From: Stegostoma tigrinum
Taxonomy: Eukaryota
NCBI RefSeq assembly: GCF_030684315.1
Contig: NC_081390.1
Span: 20,401,291-20,465,290, forward strand
DNA length: 64,000 nucleotides
Direction: 5' to 3'
Below are positions 13,912-26,640 of the stretch, one piece after another (within the stretch, counting starts at the first letter, position 1; each line of letters starts with the position of its first letter). The position numbers were made by a program, and so were the translations under genes. A model generated the notes under the pieces. The model did no database searches. It was not told the DNA's origin and worked only from the letters and a program-made list of their open reading frames with translations.

Positions 13912-16900
13912 CTGTCTGTATGCACTAAAACTCAAGAGCTTCAAAATGAATGATATGGACGGTGAGTTGTAACTTTTTCACTGATGAATTAGAGAAGGAT
14001 TTTATTGCTAAGATCACCACCACCTAATAGGGAACCAACGTCACTCAATTGCCCTTTAAATAACATCTGACGAATATCGATGCATCAGTTGCTATAATTA
14101 AACCCTGTAAAGGCCACAGTTGATTTAATAATGGGACTCACATTTCCTAATTACTTTTTCTTAAGAATTCTGTTGACTGAGCTAACATTTTTTCTGAAAT
14201 CAATTAATTGTTGGCTTAATTAAACAATTACATAGTTGCAGCCCTGAACTTTGAGAAATCTATCACGCAGAGTACTGAATGGAACCATTAAAAAAATAAA
14301 ATTGGAACTTCTAAAAAAAAATTATTGATTGGGTGTGGGTTTTGCTGGCTGGGCCAGTTTTTATTGCCCGTCCCTAGTTGCCCCTTGAGTGGCGCTGGTC
14401 AGTTGCCTTCTCGTCCTGCTGCAGTCCATGTGCTGTACGTGGAATAACAATGCCCTTATGGAAGGAGCTACCAGATTTCAACCCAGTGACACTGGAGGAA
14501 CTGCGATATATTTCTACTGTCCTCCAGGTATGGGATAGGGGGAGCTCTGAGTAAAGCAATTGCTTTAGGAATCTGGTTTTGGGACCGTACCCTGGCCAGC
14601 ATAGGGGTCTTTCCGAAGGGGTCAGCCAATCCCAGCAGCTCAAGCGTAACCTCGGCTTGAATTCACGGAAGGAGGAAAGTTCATTTGGGAGGACACTGAG
14701 CACAGTTAGAATCGGGGTCAGGAATGTGCAGAGGCTCAGTCGGCTTCAGTAAAGATCACTAACCCCTCCCGAGAAACACCTCAGCAATAAAACGCGCGAG
14801 ACAGTCTGTAATAATGCCAAAGCTACATCGTTGTACGGCCTCTGAAGGGATCATTAAGAAGAAAGATTATGGTGATTAGAGAGAAATGCAAACAAATTGG
14901 CATTCAGAATATCGCTGGAGAGACTAATGCTTTTGGAAAGGAAGTAAATCTTAAAACATTTGAAAAATACACAGTAAAATCTGTCTTCATTTGGAATAAC
15001 ACTCCATCATCATTGCATGCACCAGAGCTAATTTCAATATAAATTTGCTGTATTCCTAAAGAGATCAGGCATTGACTTATGTGGAAGAACATGTAGGAAT
15101 TACAAAGTACAGCGGAAATTCTGTGATTCAGTTTTATATCTATGTGCTCCTTAATGTAGAGTGTCAAGACACTGCAATATTTTAGTTAATTTTTCTGCAG
15201 TTTCGTAGTCTGTATTATTTAATGTTTTAACCAGGTGTATTCTTGTATAAATAGTGCACCTTCTTCAATAATCAGAAGTAGAATTTAGCACAGAGCTACA
15301 ATTAAACCTTCCTGTCTAGACTCGGAGTATAATCTATTTTAGTTCCTTCAATTGTCTTCATGAATGCCTTTATATGCTCGTGTCTATTGCTTCTACATTC
15401 AATATAACCTCCTGAAGAAGGGGTAAAAATAGACAGACAGTCATCTTTTAAGAAGTCAGAAAATGTGACAGGAAACAGCCTGTTTTCAAAAATTATACTT
15501 TTATTTGTAAAAGATGTGAATGTTCATTATGTGGCAGTTCCAATTTGATGTCACAAAGTTCAATTCACTTTAAAGTCTCTCAGCGCAGTTTCAGAGGTAT
15601 TTTACTATCCTTACAAATTTACAATGTTAAATTTATAATGCGCATTCATTATAACACAGACTCAGGTGTTTTATTTGGGGGAGGGAGGGGAAACATCGAA
15701 ATGAAAACAGATAAAGGCGAAAGGGATGTTGCAGAAAACCAGATACTGAGCAACAGCAGTGAAGGCAGTTCATCTGTCTAAGTACATTCATCTATACAGG
15801 GGCCCCGTTCTCCTCATTCACTGTGTGAACCTTGTGCTGCTACATTGTGGAGCCCTGGAGACCCTACAAAGGCACAACCTTCGCTGACCCAGAAGCTGTT
15901 GCTGCTGAGCTATAAACTGTTCCTGCTAATTGTGTGTGCGATGCTTGGGAGCATGATCTGGAGGACTTGGCCATACCCACACACAGATAACAGTTGTAAA
16001 AAGTTCAGGGCCCTTTCTACGTAGCATCGGTGTCTTGCTGGTCAGTGACCAGGTATATCCTTTCAAAATGCAGCTTCCCCATTAATGTATTCAATTGGCA
16101 AAACGTGACAAGTAGAAACAAACTGCCAGGAAATAAGAGAGCGCGTTCGGGGTGTGGAATGCATTGCCAGAGAGGGTAGTGGAGCTGGCCTAGTTAGGGG
16201 CATTTAAGCGGCTATTGGATAGGCATATGGATGATAGTATAAGGTAGGGGTGGAGGTTAGATAGACCTTAGGTGTAGGGTAAAAGTTCAGCACAACATTG
16301 TGGGCCAAAGGGCCTGTACTGTTCTACGTTCTATTAAAATTCACTGTTCAATATTTGACATATTGTGTTCTACCCATAGCCACACCTGAACCTGCTGTCA
16401 TGTTTCCATTGTTTAACTGCCTGGAATCTGGAATGAGGCAGCGAAAGATTTTCACAGATTTAGTCATACAGTTGGACAGCCTGGAAACAAATTCTTTGGT
16501 CCAACTCCTCCACGCCAACCAGATATCATGAATTAATCTAGTCCCATTTGTCAACATTTATGGGAAGGCAATGGTCCAGAAGTATTATCACTGGACTATT
16601 AATCCAGAGACCCAGATAAATATTTTCTTAGCCCTTTCAAGTTGTGCACCATCCTTCCTATCGCAGGGAGAGCAGAACTGAACACGGTATTCCAAAAGTG
16701 GCTTGACCAATGTCCTGTACAGCCACAACATGACAGCCCATCTCCTATACTCAAAGATTTATGAGAGTTTTACTGTGAATCTTTAGCTTAGCACAAACAC
16801 CAAAATTCTATCTTTCCCTTCTGAATTATTTCCTTAATCCAGAAACTAGCTCTCTACTGGGGAAAACAACCTCGTACCTTTTTATATAAAAGTCAGATAA

Positions 16901-17116
16901 GAAATACTATGCTTCAGGGGCACTATAAACCAAACACCAGAGGTGAGAAACTTGGGAGAGGAGGAGTGCAGAGTGGGGAAGAGGAGAAGGAAGGGAGGGA
17001 GGGGGAAATTGGATCAAAATACTCAAAATTATATATTTATGAATGGAATGAATAGCAATGCCAACTGTATAGGCAAGTCACAATGACAATTTTCACACTA
17101 CTGCACAGAATCAAAA

Positions 17117-18355
17117 TTATCACCATAGTTTTGTGCATGGGAAATTGTGTCTCATAAACTTGACTTGAGTTTTTTGAAGAAGTAAAGAAGAGGGTCGAGG
17201 AGGGCAGAGCAGTGGACATGATCTATGGACTTCAGTAAGGCATTTGACAAGCTTCCTCATCGTTAGATCACATGGAACACAGAACTAGCCATCCTGATAC
17301 AGAACTGGCTCCAAGGTAGAAGACAGAATGTGGTGGGGGAAGGTTGTTTATCAGGGTGTAGGCCTGTGACTAGCAGTCTACTGCAGGATTGGTGCTGGGT
17401 CTACTACTTTTTGGCATTTAAATAAGTGATTTGGATGTGAACATAAGAGTTGTGAATAGTAAGTTTGAAGACGACACCAAAATTGGAGACAGTGAAGAAC
17501 GTTACCTCAGAGTATAACAGCTGAGGAATGGCAGGTGGAGGAGTTTAATTTAGATAAATGTGAGGTGCTGCATTTTGTAAAGGCAAATCAGGGCAGGACA
17601 TATACAGTTCATGGTAAGGACCTGGGGAGTGTTGCTGAACAAAGGGACCTTGGAGTGCAGGTTCATTGTTCCTTGAAAGAGGAGTCACAGGTAGATAGGA
17701 GAGCGAAGAAGGCATTTGGTATGCTTGCCTTTATTGGTCAGTGTAGAGTATGGGAGTTGGGAGGTCATGTTTTGGCTGTGCAGGACATTGGTTAGGCCAC
17801 TTTTGGAATACTGCATGCGAGTCTGGTCTCCCGCAGAGAGAGAATCGGGAGGATGGATGGAAGGATATTGTAAGACTTGAAAAGGGTTCAGAGAAGATTC
17901 AAAGATGGTGCCAGGGTTGGAGGTTTGGAGCTACAGGGAGGGGGTGAATAGGTTGGGCTATTTTCCCTGGAGCATTGGAGGCTGATGGGTGACGTTATTA
18001 GAGGTTTGTAAAATCATGAGGGGTTTGGAAAGAGTAAATAGACAAGATTTCTTCCTCAGGTAGGGGAGTCCAAAACTAGAGGGCACAGGTTTAAGGTGAG
18101 AGGGGAAAGACTTAAAAAGGGAGCTAAGGGGCAACGTTTTCTTTCAGAGGGTGGTGCGTGTATGGAATGAGCTGCCAGTGGAAGAGGGTACAATTACAAC
18201 ATTTAGAAGGCATCTGGATGGGTACATGAATAGGAAGGGTTTAGAGGGACATGGGCCAAATGCTGGCAAATAGGACCAGATTTATTTAGGATATCTGGTC
18301 AGTGGGGACAAGTTGGACCCAAGGGTTTATTTCTGTGCTGTATGACTTTGACTGA
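17117..18355 (+). mobile_element. CR1 (HER1-like) RT plus 3' end, degenerate
   Basis: DFSKAFDK and FNLDKCEVLHF...RDLGVQVH.SLK remnants. Confidence 0.85.
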
Positions 18356-18489
18356 AATCCATGATATCTAATGAATTTTCTCTATGGAAAAACAGTTCAA
18401 AAAATGCATCTTATGAGGAACTGGAAAGCAGTAAAGAAACAATTGAATCTGGTCATAGAGCCATAGCACCAGGTGAGGAAACCTACAAC

Positions 18490-18820
18490 AGTTAACCAAG
18501 TACAACTGAGACAGAAGCTTCAAATCTAAATTTAAAAAAGGTCCCTAGCTGAGGTCATATCACATATTTAGAGCCTGTGCTAACACCTGGACCGATCTCT
18601 GAAGTTGCAGAACAATTATTGCATTCATTGTATATCAATAGGAGGACTTGCCCTCTCCTCTGGGATCTGCGAGAAAGTAGCCAGCTAAAATAAATAGTAA
18701 AATATGGTTTTATAGTCTTGCATCATTCATTCAAAGACGTCAGTCACGAAATCATTGCAAGATGTGCTTGAAATATTGAATTTTGGCACGAGCGACTGAA
18801 TGAAGGACAAACCTTGACAT
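18490..18820 (+). repeat. Local duplication, copy A
   Basis: Roughly 92% identical (hand count) to 21732-22066; offset 3240 bp. Confidence 0.92.
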
Positions 18821-20293
18821 GTTAATCAATCTCAAAATCAGAAATGTTTACAACAAGGATAATGCCAAATAACTTTGCCAGTAATGGGTTACCCACTAAC
18901 TGCCTCGATTTACATCTTGAATACACTCCATAACTGAGCTTTCACAGCTTGTTGGGTGGAGAATTGGAAAGATTCACAAGAAAACAGCTTTTCCTCACGT
19001 CGGTTCCAAATGACTGGTCCCGCATTCAGAAAATGTGATCCTAGTGAGTTTTAAATGTTTTTAAGGGGTGTGGATGTCACTAGCTAGGTGCCATTTGCTG
19101 CCCATTCCTAGTTATCCTTGAGAAACTGATTAGGAGCCGAACCACGGCATCCCTGGGGCATGGGAACGGAACGATGAGCCAAGGAAACCATCCTCTTGAG
19201 CCAAGTCCCTTCATAAAAGTATTAGATATTAGATCATGGCTTTTCTGTATCTTAACTTCATTTACATAACTTGGAACCATCACTCCTAAAACTCTAGCCC
19301 AAATAAAATCTTATCAGTCTCAGTTACTGAAATTTTCAATTGATGCCCAGTCCCAGTGGGTCTGGTGTAGAAAACATGAATATATAAGTCTGCTATTCTG
19401 TGATTGGAATGGATGTGTCATGAGGCACATCAGAGGTGACCTCTGATTGTTTGAAACTATTACCAAATGAAAAGCGAGAAGGAACAAAAAAAAAGAGCCT
19501 TTTCTTTTAGCACTAGCAAAACAAAACAATTGCTTAAATGCTGTCAGATACGATGAAGTGCTGGTGTATTGACCAAGTTTCAGCTCTACACAGAACAGAA
19601 GCTGAAAACCTCATTGTAAAGCTCCTTTATTTTGGCCTTTGCGTTTATAGGCAACAAGTCACGTTTCCACAGTAACAATGCTTGGCATGTCGAGGCAGTG
19701 TCTCTTATTCCCATGTGTAACAGTGGGGTAGTTGTGTAATCTTCAGCTATTGTCAGAGGAAAACTTCTTCAATATCATTTCTATGGTGCACACGGTCGAA
19801 TGAATGACAATAGCTCAAAAAAGATTAAAAAGGTAATGTTGATTCTAAGGCATCAGCTTTTCAAAAAAATAAAGCACCTTTGTTATATTTCATTATACCC
19901 AAGAAACTGCTTTTGTGCACACAACCTTCTAGCGAGCCACTCGTGGTATCAATTATTAGATTTCACTGAGCTAAATATCCTAAATACGTTACATTTCAGA
20001 ACTGGTGCATTGCTGCGCATTGTGCAGGACTAATTATTTTCAAATTACTTAAATGGAGAAACTTTAGTGTCAAGTATTTAGAACTATGGTGCAAATTGGT
20101 AAATGTGGTGCGATCGTACTTTGAGCATTAGGACAGCTTTGCACAAAAGGGATTGCTGCGCCCGTGTGCATGAGAATTGATGCATTGTGCTGTAAATGCT
20201 GTGATGGAACACCCCTGACTTGTCTGAATGAGGGCAGCTCTAACCTGAGAGAAACCCGACACCATCCAGGACAAGCAGCAGTCTGAATGGCAA

Positions 20294-20434
20294 GATAATA
20301 AAATGTGAGGCTGGATGAACACAGCAGGCCAAGCAGCATCTCAGGAGCACTCCTGAGATGCTGCTTGGCCTGCTGTGTTCATCCAGCCTCACATTTTATT
20401 ATCTTGGAATCTCCAGCATCTGCAGTTCCCATTA
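20294..20434. mobile_element. Short fold-back Penelope pLTR insertion
   Basis: Perfect palindrome around ggagcactcc. Perfect TSD agtctgaatggcaa. Confidence 0.88.
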
Positions 20435-20667
20435 AGTCTGAATGGCAATCTGTCAAGCCCCCTGAAACAGTCAGTCATTCTCTCCACTGATGTGCAGCAG
20501 AGTATGTAACATTTACAAGACGACTGTAACAACTCACCAAGGCTTCCAGGCCCTGACCTCTACGGAGGACAAGGACAGCAAATGCATGGGGACACACCCA
20601 GCTGAAAGATCCCTCCCAAATCACACATCATCCTGAAAAATATTGTTATCTATTGTGCAAAGAAGCG

Positions 20668-20838
20668 CAAAGTGTGGGGCTGGATGAACACAGCAGGCCA
20701 AGCAGCATCTTAGGAGCACAAAAGCTGACGTTTCGGGCCTAAACCCTTCATCAGAAAAGGGAGCTGGGGGAGAGGATTCTGAAGTAAATAGGGAGAGAGG
20801 GGGAGGCCTCCCCCAGCATCTGCAGTTCCCATTATCGC
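20668..20838 (-). mobile_element. Penelope pLTR fragment with intact hammerhead core
   Basis: Minus strand reads ctgatgaagggtttaggcccgaaacgtc; followed by an inverted pLTR end. Confidence 0.82.
20727..20754 (-). ncRNA. Minimal hammerhead ribozyme core
   Basis: CTGATGA-aGGGTttagGCCC-GAAACGTC. Confidence 0.65.
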
Positions 20839-21634
20839 TGTTCTTTGCACTGTTGCAGGAACGTCAGACCAGGAGTAGACCATTCAGCCCATTGATCCTG
20901 CTCTGTTATTCAGTACGAATGTGGTTGACCATCTACTTCAATGTATTTGTCTGTCATTATTTTTATATCCCGTTACGTCACCCTGCTAATCTTTACTTTA
21001 ATCATACTCAATGGCAGTTTGCACAGACCTCTGGGGTAGAGATTTCCAAAGATTCACTCTGCCACTAGTAAAAGGAAGTCATGATTTTGGTCCTTAGTGA
21101 TTCCCCCTTGATCGGTGTTCAGGACTCCTTTCAGAAGTAGAAAGGAATTGCACATTTTACAGGAAGCTACCCGAGTCCCAGACAATTGCTTCCCAATACA
21201 AAATTTCAGGATGGGAGTAGTTAGCAAAATCGGGTACATTGCTCTTTGTCCCAGAGCATTTTCAACTTTCATTTTAAAACAGAGTTAAGAGAATTAAATT
21301 GTAAAGTCTCTCCTTGATATGCTGAGTTTATAGACCAGCACCACTTGACTTCCAGAACTCTGAAAAGTCAATAGAAACATAGCACTTCTAGAACCACTGC
21401 CAACATACCTCCAGGCCGAGCCAAATTTTGAAATGTTATTCCCTGGTTCTCGACTCCCTAACCAAGGGAAATGTCTTACCTGCATCCACCCTCTAACCTT
21501 TTCAGTATTTTGTAGGCTTTAATAAGCTCACCTCTCATTCTTCAAAACTCCATAGAATACTGGCTCCGTTTGCCCAATCTCTCTCCTCCATTAACACAAT
21601 AAAGGTCTGCCAGGCAACTCACTGAAGGTGTATA

Positions 21635-22097
21635 AAAACTGGAGGAACTGCAGATGCTGTAAATGAGAAACAATAACAGAAGTTGTTGGAAAAGCTCAGT
21701 AGGTCTGGCAGCACCTGGGAAGAGAAATCAGAGTTGACCAAGTACAACAGAGACAGAAGCTTCAAATCCAATTTAAAGAGGTCCCTAGCTGAGGTCATAC
21801 CACACAGTTAGAGCCTGTGTTAACACCTGGACCAGTCTCTGAAGTTGCAGAACAATTATTGCATTCATTGTAGATCAATAGGAGGACATGCCCTCTCCTC
21901 TGGGATCTGCGAGAAAGTAGCCAGCTCAAATAAATAGCAAAATATGGTTTTATATTCTTGCATCATTCAATCAAAGATGCCAGTCACGAAATCATTGCAA
22001 GGTGTGCTTGAAATATTGAATTTTGGCATCTCTGAATGAAGGACAAACCTTAATAGATCTTGACATATTTCGGGCTTGGTGACCTTTCCTCAGAACT
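21635..22097 (-). mobile_element. Penelope pLTR split by a ~330-bp genomic duplication
   Basis: pLTR halves at 21635-21738 and about 22067-22097 (tttcgggcttggtgacctttcctcagaact). Confidence 0.75.
21732..22066 (+). repeat. Local duplication, copy B
   Basis: Direct copy of 18490-18820, located inside a pLTR. Confidence 0.92.
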
Positions 22098-23933
22098 TGC
22101 ACCTTTGAGACACTGTCAGAGAGTGACTTTTTGACCTTTAAGTAAAACTTCACAGGCTAACCAAAACCCCATGGCTTTTATTTTGAAATGCAACTTCCAA
22201 AAATTATAAATATGCACTATATACCTTTCATTATAATTACAACAATGTCTGCACCTCAACAAATACTTATTTTGCTGGCACATACTTTGGGATGTTCCTG
22301 AAAAAGACATGTTCGTAAGTTTTTCTAAATTCACTTCTGCGATATGGGGTCATCGGCTGACCAGCATTTATCGCCCATTCCTAGTTGTTCTAGAGAAGGT
22401 GGTAATAAGCTTTGTTCTTGAACCATTGCAGTCCGTATGCAAAATGCCTACAGGGAGGGAATTCCAGAATTTTGGCCAGGTGGTGATGTATCTCCAAGTC
22501 AGGATGGTGAGCGGCTGAAGGCGGGAGTGGTGGTGTTCTCATATAGCTGCTGCCCTTGTCTTTCTAGATGTAAATGGTCACGGGTTTACAAGGCGCTATT
22601 TAAGGATATTTGGAGAACAATACTCTGGTCTGTAAGTTTCAAATAATCACCCCACTTCAGAGGTTGCATTTCAAAGGGCCAGAAATATGAACAAAAAGTG
22701 AGGAGAGAAAGCAAATTGCCATTACATGAGGGGCTGCTCGGAATTGGAGCCAGAAATTTTCATGCACCTCCCAAATGCGCACTTACTACAGCAACAGTAG
22801 TTAGCTCCTGATAGACGGATGTTAACACACAGCAGTGAGAATTAAAGAAAAAGCCTAACAACCATTAAGTATAATTAATCTTTCTAGGAGAATGAGAGAG
22901 TCAGGGATACATAGCACAACATGCCTGGAAGAATGCAAAAAGTATCTCACTGCCTCACGGGAGATCTGCAAGTAAGCTGTAAAGCCAATGAGTTCAATTT
23001 CAATTCTCCCTTAAGTACTAGAATATACACAATAAATGAACCTAAAGATAAAACAGACCGTTTTAAAAAAACTTTAATAAATGTCTGTCAGTCACGAAAC
23101 ATTTTCTTGAGCAGTTATGACCATTCATTTAACAGACAATTTTAGCTTGAGCTACAACTATCGATTGAATTTTAACCACTTAAAATGTTGAAAGATGCTT
23201 TTAGCACATTAGCAAGAGATAATCTGCAGTTTTGCTATCTCCCCCATCTCCCCCTCTAATATTAAGGTTTTTTTGTAAGTTGTAGGATTGCGTGAATACC
23301 TTTTGAGCGCTCAGCAGGAAGTATTTTGGGTAGGTCCTTAGATTGTTGAAGGGTTTCTAGAAGTGCTATGTTTCTACTGACTCTTCAGAGTAGAATCTGG
23401 AAGTGGAAGTGGAAGTGGTTTGCTGGTCAATAAACTCAGCATAATCACGGAGAGGCCTTGGGAAAAATTGCTTTAGAGAATTATATTGTAAAGTGCAAGT
23501 TGTAAGTGCTGTAGAACAAAGAGCAACATACCCAATTGTTAATTTACTGCCATGCTGAAATTTCATAGAGAAAAAAAAAATTGTCCAGGACTTAGTTTCC
23601 TGTAAAATGCACATGGGTTCCTGCATCAGAAAGGAGCCCTGAACATCAATCTCGGGCATCAAAGCAACACTCAACTCCACATGTCCACTGCCAGCAAGAG
23701 TGACTAGGTTATAAAGTGGCTATTTGGCCCTTTGAGGTCATGTTGGCTCGTTGCAGATCAAATTTGTCCTATTCATCTGCTCTATTGTTGTAGCCCAGCA
23801 AAGTTGTTTTTACGCAGTGAAATATTTTTCTTCACATCTTCTGTTATCTCATCCAAAACTGCTAGAACTTGCACCCAAAGTCCCTAGGGACCATAGCGCT
23901 ACACTCTAAATTAGACAGATGGCTGGTGGTGAG

Positions 23934-24215
23934 TTTTAGATTAGATTAGATTAGATTCCCTACAGTGTGGAAACAGGCCCTTCAGCCCAACAAATCCACA
24001 CCGCCCCTTGAAGCATCCCACCCAGACCCATCCTGCTATAACCCACACACCCCTGAACACTAGGGGAAATTTAGCATGGCCAATCCACCTAACCTTCACA
24101 TCTTTGGACTGTGGGAGGAAACCGGAGGAAACGCACGCAGACACAGGGAGAATGTGCAAACTCCACAGACAGTCGCCCGAGGCAGGAATCGAACCCGGGT
24201 CCCTGGCGCTGTGAG
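23934..24215 (-). mobile_element. V-SINE/HE1-type SINE, young, with (AATCT)n tail
   Basis: (ttaga)n tail; CpGs retained in the B-box region. Confidence 0.88.
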
Positions 24216-25994
24216 CTGAGGGTCACCGCGCTTCAGGTGAGGAGAGGGGTTGAGAAGGCAGGATCTTCATGGTGATGTCAGCCAGGACTGAAACCCTGCC
24301 GTTGGCATACTGCATCACAAAATTATACCTTTTACTATGTCCTAATGGAAACAGTTTCTTTATCATAAACTTACACACCACAATTAAATCGCTGCTAAGG
24401 TTCCGGTGCTCCAAGAAGATCAGCTTCACCAGCCTCACCCTTTAGCTGAAATCCCTTATCCACGGAACCAATTGTGCTAAGCTTCTTCTGACCCTACACA
24501 TCCTTCCTTAGGTGTAGTGACCAGAATTGAATATAATAGTCCACTCCTAACCAAGTCGGTGCTTTAAAAGTAAAAAGTTCAGCATATCTTCCATTTTCTA
24601 AACCTGGGAGGAGAATAACAGAACCATCCCAAGTTACAACTGGTACAAATTATTACCCTCTCGAGGTATGCTGCTGCACACCCAGAGAAACCTCTGCTCT
24701 GAACTTGACTTTTCTCCATTCTTCACTTGTCCTTGAAGGCAAGTCAAAAACTTCTTAGAAAAGTGGAGATTGGAATCAGCTGTTAGCATGAGTAGTCTAT
24801 GGGGATGGTGACTGCTGTAATGTAGGAAACTATATTAGAGAGTTACTCATTCACAGGATTTATGTTCAATTTGTGATCAAGCTACTTGTACTCACTGAAT
24901 GTTGCTTCTCCAAGTTGATGTAGTTGCGAGGTCTCAGGCATGAACATGTCCTAGGCTCAGAAAGAACTGTATCAATGCTGAATTTGCAGCCAGATCTACA
25001 GATCAAGGTTACTGCATCTCATCTTAAGAGCACAATGATAACTAAACTTCAAATATAAGCACAGCCAGAACAGTGGAAATACATATTTGATTTTGCTTAC
25101 AAGGTATCTAGTACATGTTTTAAATATTCCACCTCTACATACACAAAGAGCTGTTCGAGATATTTTAATTTACCTTACTCTGCTGATAGATTGCTAAAGT
25201 GCCATTGAATGCAAGCTGCACGCATTTCCTTTCAAGGATGGATGGATTGTAAAGGCTTATAATGGTGCACAGCATGGACAATAGGGTACCTGAGCCTTCA
25301 ATTATTGGACAAATACAGACATACCTCAAATTGGCATAATCCACAGTAAAGATGCAAATATTAGGTGCCTTTTACAGAATTTGCAGCACAGAATAAGGCT
25401 ATTCAGCCCAGCTGGTCCCTGGCAGTGCTTGTACCTCTTAGCTGTCTTCCAAATCTATTTCATGTCTGCATGTTCTGCAATTCCCCTTTACCACATGCAC
25501 TTATGGTAATTACCTCAACTACTCAACACAGGTTCCATTTTCTAATAATACATGGGCTAAAAAAAATTCCTCAGATGTAAAAAAAAAATTGGATTCATTG
25601 GCTATATTAATTTCCTAGTTTTTGACTTACCATACTGTGGAAATAAAAAAAAAGAAGGGGAAATATTTTCTCTCTAATCTGTTCCATCTTCATTTTTAGT
25701 TCACTCTTGAGCTGAGTTTTACAGCATGGAGGGACCCACTGTGTCCACACTGGTGCCATTTTCCAGCACTTCACCTGTGGCGTACTATGCTATAGCACTG
25801 CGAACAGCTCTTCTAAATGTTACTTAAATATTGTGATGGCTCCAGCATTCACCACCTTTTCAGGCAGTAAGTTCCAGATACCCACCACCTTATGGCAGTA
25901 AAACTAGCCTGTTTGCGATTATTTTTTCCTCAATTGGATTAGGAAAATGAAATATCTTTATTTGTACTGAGAACCTAACAGGATAGAAGATGTG

Positions 25995-26090
25995 AGATAA
26001 CAAAGTGTGGCGCTGGATGAACACAGCAGGCCAAGTAGCATCTCAGGAGCACAAAAGCTGACATTTCAGGCCTAGACCCATCAGAGAGGG
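25995..26090 (-). mobile_element. Penelope pLTR fragment
   Basis: Same sequence as the 7735-7830 pLTR; degenerate hammerhead. Confidence 0.8.
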
Positions 26091-26598
26091 TAGATGTGTC
26101 AGGACCCATTTGACATTCCAACCAGTAGGCCCTGAGAATTGTTCAGGAATGCTAACTTCCAACAGGCAATTTCCTAACTGTCTTGGGCCCTCGAAAACAG
26201 ATGTCTGTTTCAGTCACTATCAGGTATTTTGGTCAGTCGAGTTACTTAATCAGTTAAGTACAGAGGAAATGTTGGATAGAAGAGTCCCAGTGTAACATCT
26301 GACACCTTGCCCCTCTGACTCCAACCTCTCAACCAACTCCCTGTCTAGATCTAATCACCATACATGTGTCATTCTAGATTTGACTGTTTGGGAGGGGCTG
26401 TCAGGAAAGCTGGACTAGCCAACTTACCCAGCTGCTCTTCCAGCTACTTAATTCACCAAGTGTCTGAATAGCTCTGAATGACCCAAGGCTCTTTGGAGCT
26501 TGTGAATAAAGACTTAACCAGCAAATGAACAAAAAAAAGGGCAGAATGTCTTGCTGGGCCAATCCTGTGGTATGAAGCAGTACCTGATTTAAGGCAAG

Positions 26599-26640
26599 AA
26601 CCAAAAGAACTGTGGTTGCTGTAAATCAGCAACTTTGTTT
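26599..26640. mobile_element. 42-bp Penelope pLTR micro-insertion
   Basis: pLTR terminus aaccaaaagaactgtggttgctgtaaatcag plus a short inverted piece. Perfect TSD tgatttaaggcaag. Confidence 0.7.

Noticed and set aside
15480-16080. Possible Tx1/L1-like 3' end on the minus strand
   Set aside because: The tail resembles such elements, but I could not recover protein motifs.
18396-18472. Possible plus-strand exon (SKNASYEELESSKETIESGHRAIAP, CCAG|GTGAGG)
   Set aside because: Weak acceptor, no partner exons and no recognisable homology.
23399-23418. (GAAGTG)3 as an IRF/ETS element, and the overlapping 104-aa ORF
   Set aside because: A short microsatellite explains it; the ORF has a non-ATG start and no homology I recognise.
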